DNA from: a virus
Lineage: Duplodnaviria; Caudoviricetes
DNA: 44,096 bases
Reading direction: 5' to 3' (one strand)
IMG/VR virus record: IMGVR_UViG_3300037461_000433
Coordinates: 1 to 44,096 of that record
Each line of letters starts with the position of its first letter. The stretch's first letter is position 1. The notes under the pieces were generated by a model. It saw nothing but the letters and a program-made list of their open reading frames with translations. It was not told the DNA's origin and searched no databases. Shown one piece after another: positions 38,957 to 44,096 of the stretch. The position numbers and the translations under genes were made by a program.

Positions 38957-39199
38957 CTACATATCCGCCTTTATTTTATTCCACTTCGCCAGTTCAGTTT
39001 CCAACCGTGCGATTCTATTTTCTACCTGTGTTTTGGTCATATTAATTTTTTGTGTGCGAACCACGACTTCTTTGCCTTCTGCGTCAACAGCTTTCTGCAA
39101 CTGTGTTAGTTCATAGGTCGCTAGTCTGCCTTTTATTTCCTTGCCATCCACTACCTTCGCTTCTACTGCGGGTGATACTACTTTCAATAAATAATCCAT
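38957..39199 (-). CDS. Small hypothetical protein
   Basis: AAGGAGG RBS; C-terminal coiled coil. Confidence 0.65.
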   Translation of the reverse strand: MDYLLKVVSPAVEAKVVDGKEIKGRLATYELTQLQKAVDAEGKEVVVRTQKINMTKTQVENRIARLETELAKWNKIKADM

Positions 39200-39541
39200 T
39201 TACTCCTCCTTAATTTGTGCTATCTCTGCCGATACTACACTTACCTTATCTTGTAAATTCTTCAGGCTCGCTTCTTTCTCCGCAAGAACCTTAGCCGTCA
39301 AATCGGCTATGTCAGGCGGTGGTACATAAGGCTTATTGGTAACCGCCGTTGCAAGACGAGCTTCTATCTGGTCGTCTATATCAGCGAGCATAATGTCATA
39401 GTCCTTACCGCCAACCGAGAACGAGTAATCCCACTTATATTTGCCGTCCTTATAAACTTTAAATACAAAGGACAGCGACTTACCCATATTGAGGTCGCAT
39501 TGGAATCCACTTAACTCATAGACATATCCGTTTAGCTCCAT
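39200..39541 (-). CDS. Hypothetical protein (possible fibre chaperone)
   Basis: ORF downstream of the spike gene, GAGG RBS. Confidence 0.6.
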   Translation of the reverse strand: MELNGYVYELSGFQCDLNMGKSLSFVFKVYKDGKYKWDYSFSVGGKDYDIMLADIDDQIEARLATAVTNKPYVPPPDIADLTAKVLAEKEASLKNLQDKVSVVSAEIAQIKEE

Positions 39542-39671
39542 ATTGCTATCCTCTCGTTGTCATTACGATTTACAAATACATATCCTCCAGCAAGACAGAC
39601 TATTCCGTTATTTCCGTATTCCCACTCTACTGTATCATTCAGTTCCACAATGCTATCCGTTAGCCAAAATA

Positions 39672-41477
39672 TCATACTGCCTCCAATAGCACGTCATCCC
39701 AGTAAAGGGAGTGATTCGTGCTTCGTATTTGGAATACCATCGCCAGGACGCCATCAGTAGTAACAAGGTTATTCGCACAGCTCCAAGTAAATTGTCTCCA
39801 AGTAGTATCTAAAGGAGTCGCTTGAGTAATGCTATCCTCTGTTTTTATAAGCTTGCCGTTCAGTCTCCACTCTGGAATGATTGTACCAGTCCACCCAGCG
39901 TTGCTTGTCTTAATCCAGATGCTTAACTGTCTACCAGTTGCGTTCGGTGTATAGAATTTCACTACAGGAAATCTGGTGGTGTAATTTGTTTGGTTCGTTG
40001 CGTCATAAGTAAACTTCATTGACGGAGCGGAGGTGTGGACAGTCGTATCTGTAATCAGAGAACCAAACGGATAGTAAAGACCGTCTGGGAGTCCGAAACT
40101 ATTTTTAAATATGTAAAGTGGTTCGATGTTATTCGTACCAGATACAATATTATAGGCTTTTGCTATGCTCGGAGCGTCAATAGTGCAGTCAACCACCGAA
40201 ACAGTAGTAGCTCCAGGATGATAGATAGCGTATGTTGTAGGCGTAGTAAACGTACATCCCATTATTTTAACGTTAAAAGAATAAGAATCAGTTAAATAAA
40301 TACCATAACCGCAGTTTGTGAATGTGCAGTTCTCTATGTTCCATCCTTTACAACGACCCTTTATCCCAGCAGTAGAGCAAGAAGTGAATGTGCAATTTTG
40401 AATAACGGCATTTTGAAACGTATTTATTCCAAAGTCTATCCCAACAGTTGTGTTCGAAATGGCGAATCCACTTATCACAGTATCGTTATTTGTTCCAGTA
40501 ATTTCTATTGGGGTTGTGCAATTATCTATTACGTTTCCACTACAAGAAACAAGTGAAATTCCTGGGGTTAATATATTCAGTCCCCTAACACAATTGACCA
40601 TATAATTATTTGTTAGAACTATCCCTGCGGTATAAGCCGACCCAGCTATATTTATTAGAATACCAGCGATGCTTGCTCCTGATACTGGGACTATAAAGAC
40701 ACAATTTGTTATTGAAGCAGTTGTTGTGTAAATAAGTAATGAATAGGAATTACCGCTTAAACAAAAACAATGGTCAAATGTTGGAATTGATGCGTTAGAA
40801 GTAGAAACATTGATATAGTTATAAGTATAAAAGGTGCAGTAGCTACAATTTATTGCTCCAGTCGTGCAGTTAAAAACTATCTGTTGTTCAATGACATTAA
40901 ATTTTGAAACTGTTATTGCATAAGTGGTATTACTAAAAAAGTATTTCACCGTAGTTGCCCAATTAGCGTTATTTGATTTTACCCAAGTTTCCCCATCTTG
41001 AGTCGGTGAACCCGCCAGATTCCACCCACCACTAACAGTATGTCCAGCCACGGTAACTGTCATTGCGTTTCCAGCTGCTGGACCCGTTGTAACAGGCGTT
41101 ATCTGTAATGCACCAGTTGTATTTCCTGTTGTCCCATAATATCGGTTCACCAAAGTAATTGTGGTAGATGTGATAGAGGCTATCCTATAAAATGTCTCGA
41201 CAGCTCCATTTCCTGTGGCAGTAGGTTTACCAATATAATTTCCAGTAGCTAACACTCCAGTTAGGTCGGTTGAGGTAGAAACGCTAACAGAGTTATTTGC
41301 CCAGCCAAAAGTTGTAGCCGCACCAACCGTGGCGGCGGCAGTGGTTTTAGCGACACGAATATCGTGTGGTCCATTGACAATGCCGTCAGCTTTATTTAAT
41401 GTTTTGTACGGAGTCCCTGCCGTTCCGTCTCCAGTAGTATCATCACCACTTACAAGATCTACATAAATTACTGCCAT
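39672..41477 (-). CDS. Right-handed beta-helix (pectin-lyase-like) tailspike/receptor-binding protein
   Basis: YVDLVSGDDTTGDGTAGTPYKTL N-terminal motif; repeated I.NCTF.. strands; Thr/Asn-rich. Confidence 0.75.
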   Translation of the reverse strand: MAVIYVDLVSGDDTTGDGTAGTPYKTLNKADGIVNGPHDIRVAKTTAAATVGAATTFGWANNSVSVSTSTDLTGVLATGNYIGKPTATGNGAVETFYRIASITSTTITLVNRYYGTTGNTTGALQITPVTTGPAAGNAMTVTVAGHTVSGGWNLAGSPTQDGETWVKSNNANWATTVKYFFSNTTYAITVSKFNVIEQQIVFNCTTGAINCSYCTFYTYNYINVSTSNASIPTFDHCFCLSGNSYSLLIYTTTASITNCVFIVPVSGASIAGILINIAGSAYTAGIVLTNNYMVNCVRGLNILTPGISLVSCSGNVIDNCTTPIEITGTNNDTVISGFAISNTTVGIDFGINTFQNAVIQNCTFTSCSTAGIKGRCKGWNIENCTFTNCGYGIYLTDSYSFNVKIMGCTFTTPTTYAIYHPGATTVSVVDCTIDAPSIAKAYNIVSGTNNIEPLYIFKNSFGLPDGLYYPFGSLITDTTVHTSAPSMKFTYDATNQTNYTTRFPVVKFYTPNATGRQLSIWIKTSNAGWTGTIIPEWRLNGKLIKTEDSITQATPLDTTWRQFTWSCANNLVTTDGVLAMVFQIRSTNHSLYWDDVLLEAV

Positions 41478-41486
41478 ATTGTTCTC

Positions 41487-44096
41487 CTATTGTTCTATCT
41501 CAAAGGTTATTGATACTCTATACGCTCCTGAAACCGAGTCCACATTGAATCCTATAATATCTCCTGCCGTAACCGCAGTATTCCAGTCAGTAAGGGTAGA
41601 GTCAGTATTCTTAATAGCACTCGTTAAGGTAGGCTTCGTTCCGCCACCACCTATCATAGTATCTGCTACTGTCGGGGGATAATTAGCGTAAGTGTCTTTC
41701 CAAACATCAATAACGATAGAACTTGAAACTGGAGTCGCTGAACACTCTAATAATGTCCAAGACTTAATTGTGCCTGTGTAAGGGATAGTAACATAACCTT
41801 TGATACCAGTAGCGATAAGCGATGAACCGCCATCTATAATCATACCGAAAGAATGAGTTTTTACTCCACCGCCTCCATCTTCCCAAGACACTGTTCCTGC
41901 CCCGTCTGTCGTTAAAACTTGCCCAGCGTTACCGTCAGCGGTTGTGATGGAATATTCACCCATGTTTATATTAGCAAAATTAAAGAAATGAAAATCTTCA
42001 ATTCCATCTCCGCTAATATAAGGAAAAGGGACTGCTGTGTTGCTTCCACCATAACCAAAACCCATATAATTTCCTTGGTCATTCACAGCTAAAAAAGAAG
42101 CATAACCATCAGCATTTGTATTCTCTATACCTGCAACTCCGTTAACTTCGTTAGAAGATAAAGCAAATTTTAATCCCCCCAATAAACCAGAAGTATAAGG
42201 GACACTATAATCTAAAACAGGTGTAGTTCCATCACTTGCATAGAATATTCTGTTCCCCCAATCCAAAGAAAGCACCTCACTAGTATCATAAAAAGACCTT
42301 TCATCAGTTCCTAAAGCACTCACTCCCGAACTATCTTTTAAGGTTACTCCCCCATCCCAAGTAATAACCGCTGTTTCGTCTATGTTTCTAAAAATTCTTT
42401 GATAATAGTCTATGCTTTCATATCCAGAAGCGTCTTTAAATAAACCATTTCCCCAGTTAAGGCTTTCAGTAGACCCATCACTTGCATAAAGAATTCTGTT
42501 TTCCCAATCTAAACTAATATTTGGCGCACTATCAGCAAGTGTTCCATTATACAAATTTACGCCAATATTTTCAGCTACGCCTAATACACTATCAACTCCA
42601 GACAAAAGTTTATCATTAAACACTACATTGTTTTCATTAACCCAATTAAACATTTCATTACCACTAGCATTATACGCTATTCTTTCTTCCCAAGATAAAG
42701 AAGGACTACCGTCTGTTGTGTAAAGTATTCTATTATTCGGGTCTATGCTTAAAGCTGGAGTGCCTGCGTTGTCGTTGATACCGCCTACACCGAGGAAGCC
42801 TGTGGTGGTGAGATTCTTACTACCTAAATCCACGTCGCTCTTAGCACCCGCATAAGGAACGAATATATTTTGTAAATCCAGTGCGTTGATGTTTACAGCA
42901 AAGTGGGAGTTCTCCGCAGAGCCTACGTCTATACTTACCGCAGGGTCAGCCCCCCCAGCACCAGTTACAGTTGCCCACATTTTAATTACTAATCGGTCGG
43001 TAGTGAGTAATGGGACTTCTGTGGCTAAAGCAAGATGAGGCTCGAGTTCTTCCGATGTGGTAGAGAGAGTAACTACTTCCGATGCACCGAGCAAGGTTTC
43101 AGTCCCTGCTAAAACTCTTTTATATAATTCGTAATATAAAGTAACCGTCCTTGTAACGGATGCCGAGCGATAAGCGTGCATATGGACGTGGTAGATACCA
43201 GCGACCAATCTATCCAAAGCGGGAGAACCCGAAGCGGTGGCGAAGTTAAATATGTTTACCGCCGCACCTGTAGGTACTCCAGCACTAGTTACAGTTGCGG
43301 AAGCGTCCTCTGTAGTGTCCATTAAGTAATACTGAACACCACTCTCTATTCCTATATCCGAAGCGTCATTATGGAAGAACTCTGTTAAGGACAACGAAGA
43401 TACGGCTAAGTCGACATACTCTTTATTCACAAGTTGGTATTGTGAACCCTCGCCGTCTACGGTGATAGCCATTAGAGGGGGAACAGTACCGCCAGCGCCA
43501 AGTATATTTGTTGTGGTGGTAGTGCCTGTGGTGGTGAGGTCGTTGTCTACGAGGTCAACTGGCATATCTATCTTGAAGCCTAAAAGCTGACCACCACTAC
43601 CAACTGGCTTTGGGGAAAGGTGAAAGTAATCGTCCGTATCATCAAGTTGCCAAGCGATGTAATCAGAAGCGGAAGCGATTTGACCGCAATGGTAGAGTAT
43701 GGGGTTGTTTGTGGTAAAACCACTAACTCCACCAATAACCCAATTACCATCAGGGTAATTTATTGAACCGTATGTAAAATTACCAATATTAAAGTATATT
43801 GAACTGCCGTCTTTAGCATTGAGATAAGTAGCACCGCCGACAGCCTTGTCTTGTGTAAGGGCGTAGTTATCTGCTGTGAGGGTATCGTTAAAGCCTATCG
43901 CACCGTAGCCTGTATACATATCTCCTATTTGGACATAGCCTGAATCTGGGGAAGTTATGGTTTGATAAGCTGTTGGGGGGTTAAGATGAACCGATAAGGG
44001 GTCGTATTCAGTAGAAGGACCTGTAGCCCCTGTAGCCCCTGTAGCCCCTGTAGCCCCTGTAGCCCCTGTAGCCCCTGTAGCCCCTGTAGCCCCTGT
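41487..44096 (-). CDS. 3' part of the large mosaic tail fibre protein (begins at 326 across the junction)
   Basis: The frame is open from 44096 to 41487. [35 protein letters not shown] fibre motifs and SLDWxNRIxY repeats. Confidence 0.8.
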   Translation of the reverse strand, partial: TGATGATGATGATGATGATGATGATGPSTEYDPLSVHLNPPTAYQTITSPDSGYVQIGDMYTGYGAIGFNDTLTADNYALTQDKAVGGATYLNAKDGSSIYFNIGNFTYGSINYPDGNWVIGGVSGFTTNNPILYHCGQIASASDYIAWQLDDTDDYFHLSPKPVGSGGQLLGFKIDMPVDLVDNDLTTTGTTTTTNILGAGGTVPPLMAITVDGEGSQYQLVNKEYVDLAVSSLSLTEFFHNDASDIGIESGVQYYLMDTTEDASATVTSAGVPTGAAVNIFNFATASGSPALDRLVAGIYHVHMHAYRSASVTRTVTLYYELYKRVLAGTETLLGASEVVTLSTTSEELEPHLALATEVPLLTTDRLVIKMWATVTGAGGADPAVSIDVGSAENSHFAVNINALDLQNIFVPYAGAKSDVDLGSKNLTTTGFLGVGGINDNAGTPALSIDPNNRILYTTDGSPSLSWEERIAYNASGNEMFNWVNENNVVFNDKLLSGVDSVLGVAENIGVNLYNGTLADSAPNISLDWENRILYASDGSTESLNWGNGLFKDASGYESIDYYQRIFRNIDETAVITWDGGVTLKDSSGVSALGTDERSFYDTSEVLSLDWGNRIFYASDGTTPVLDYSVPYTSGLLGGLKFALSSNEVNGVAGIENTNADGYASFLAVNDQGNYMGFGYGGSNTAVPFPYISGDGIEDFHFFNFANINMGEYSITTADGNAGQVLTTDGAGTVSWEDGGGGVKTHSFGMIIDGGSSLIATGIKGYVTIPYTGTIKSWTLLECSATPVSSSIVIDVWKDTYANYPPTVADTMIGGGGTKPTLTSAIKNTDSTLTDWNTAVTAGDIIGFNVDSVSGAYRVSITFEIEQ
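44006..44096. repeat. Terminal overlap copy of 2-92
   Basis: Identical sequence. Confidence 0.85.

Noticed and set aside
39672-44096. Diversity-generating retroelement, given the BPP-1-like head genes
   Set aside because: No reverse transcriptase ORF and no TR/VR pair differing at adenines was seen.

Overview
The window is an apparently complete, circularly assembled dsDNA tailed phage genome of about 44.0 kb. Bases 2-92 repeat at 44006-44096, and a tail-fibre gene reads in frame across that junction. It has two divergent arms separated by an AT-rich control region at about 21.5-22.4 kb. The minus arm (21497 leftward, continuing across the junction down to 37531) is a podovirus-type morphogenesis operon: terminase, portal, scaffold, capsid, tail tubular proteins A/B, ejection proteins, three collagen-like Gly-X-Thr fibre proteins, a beta-helix spike and small membrane proteins. 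The plus arm (22428-37485) holds early genes, a lytic transglycosylase and an APSE-like replication module (prim-pol/VirE primase-helicase, SNF2 helicase, DUF2800 nuclease, DUF2815 SSB, family A polymerase, RuvC-like resolvase), then a GT2-TPR-methyltransferase fusion. The most striking signal is three type II hammerhead ribozymes placed one per intergenic gap between the first early genes, each with an identical GGCC/GGCC stem II and one carrying the compensated U3-A8 core. They separate a catalytically gutted mini-ComM, a SpoVG homologue and an unknown protein. A second repeat-delimited array of tiny ORFs lies between primase and helicase. No integrase, reverse transcriptase, tRNA or CRISPR array was seen. 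All product calls come from motif recognition by eye, not from database searches.
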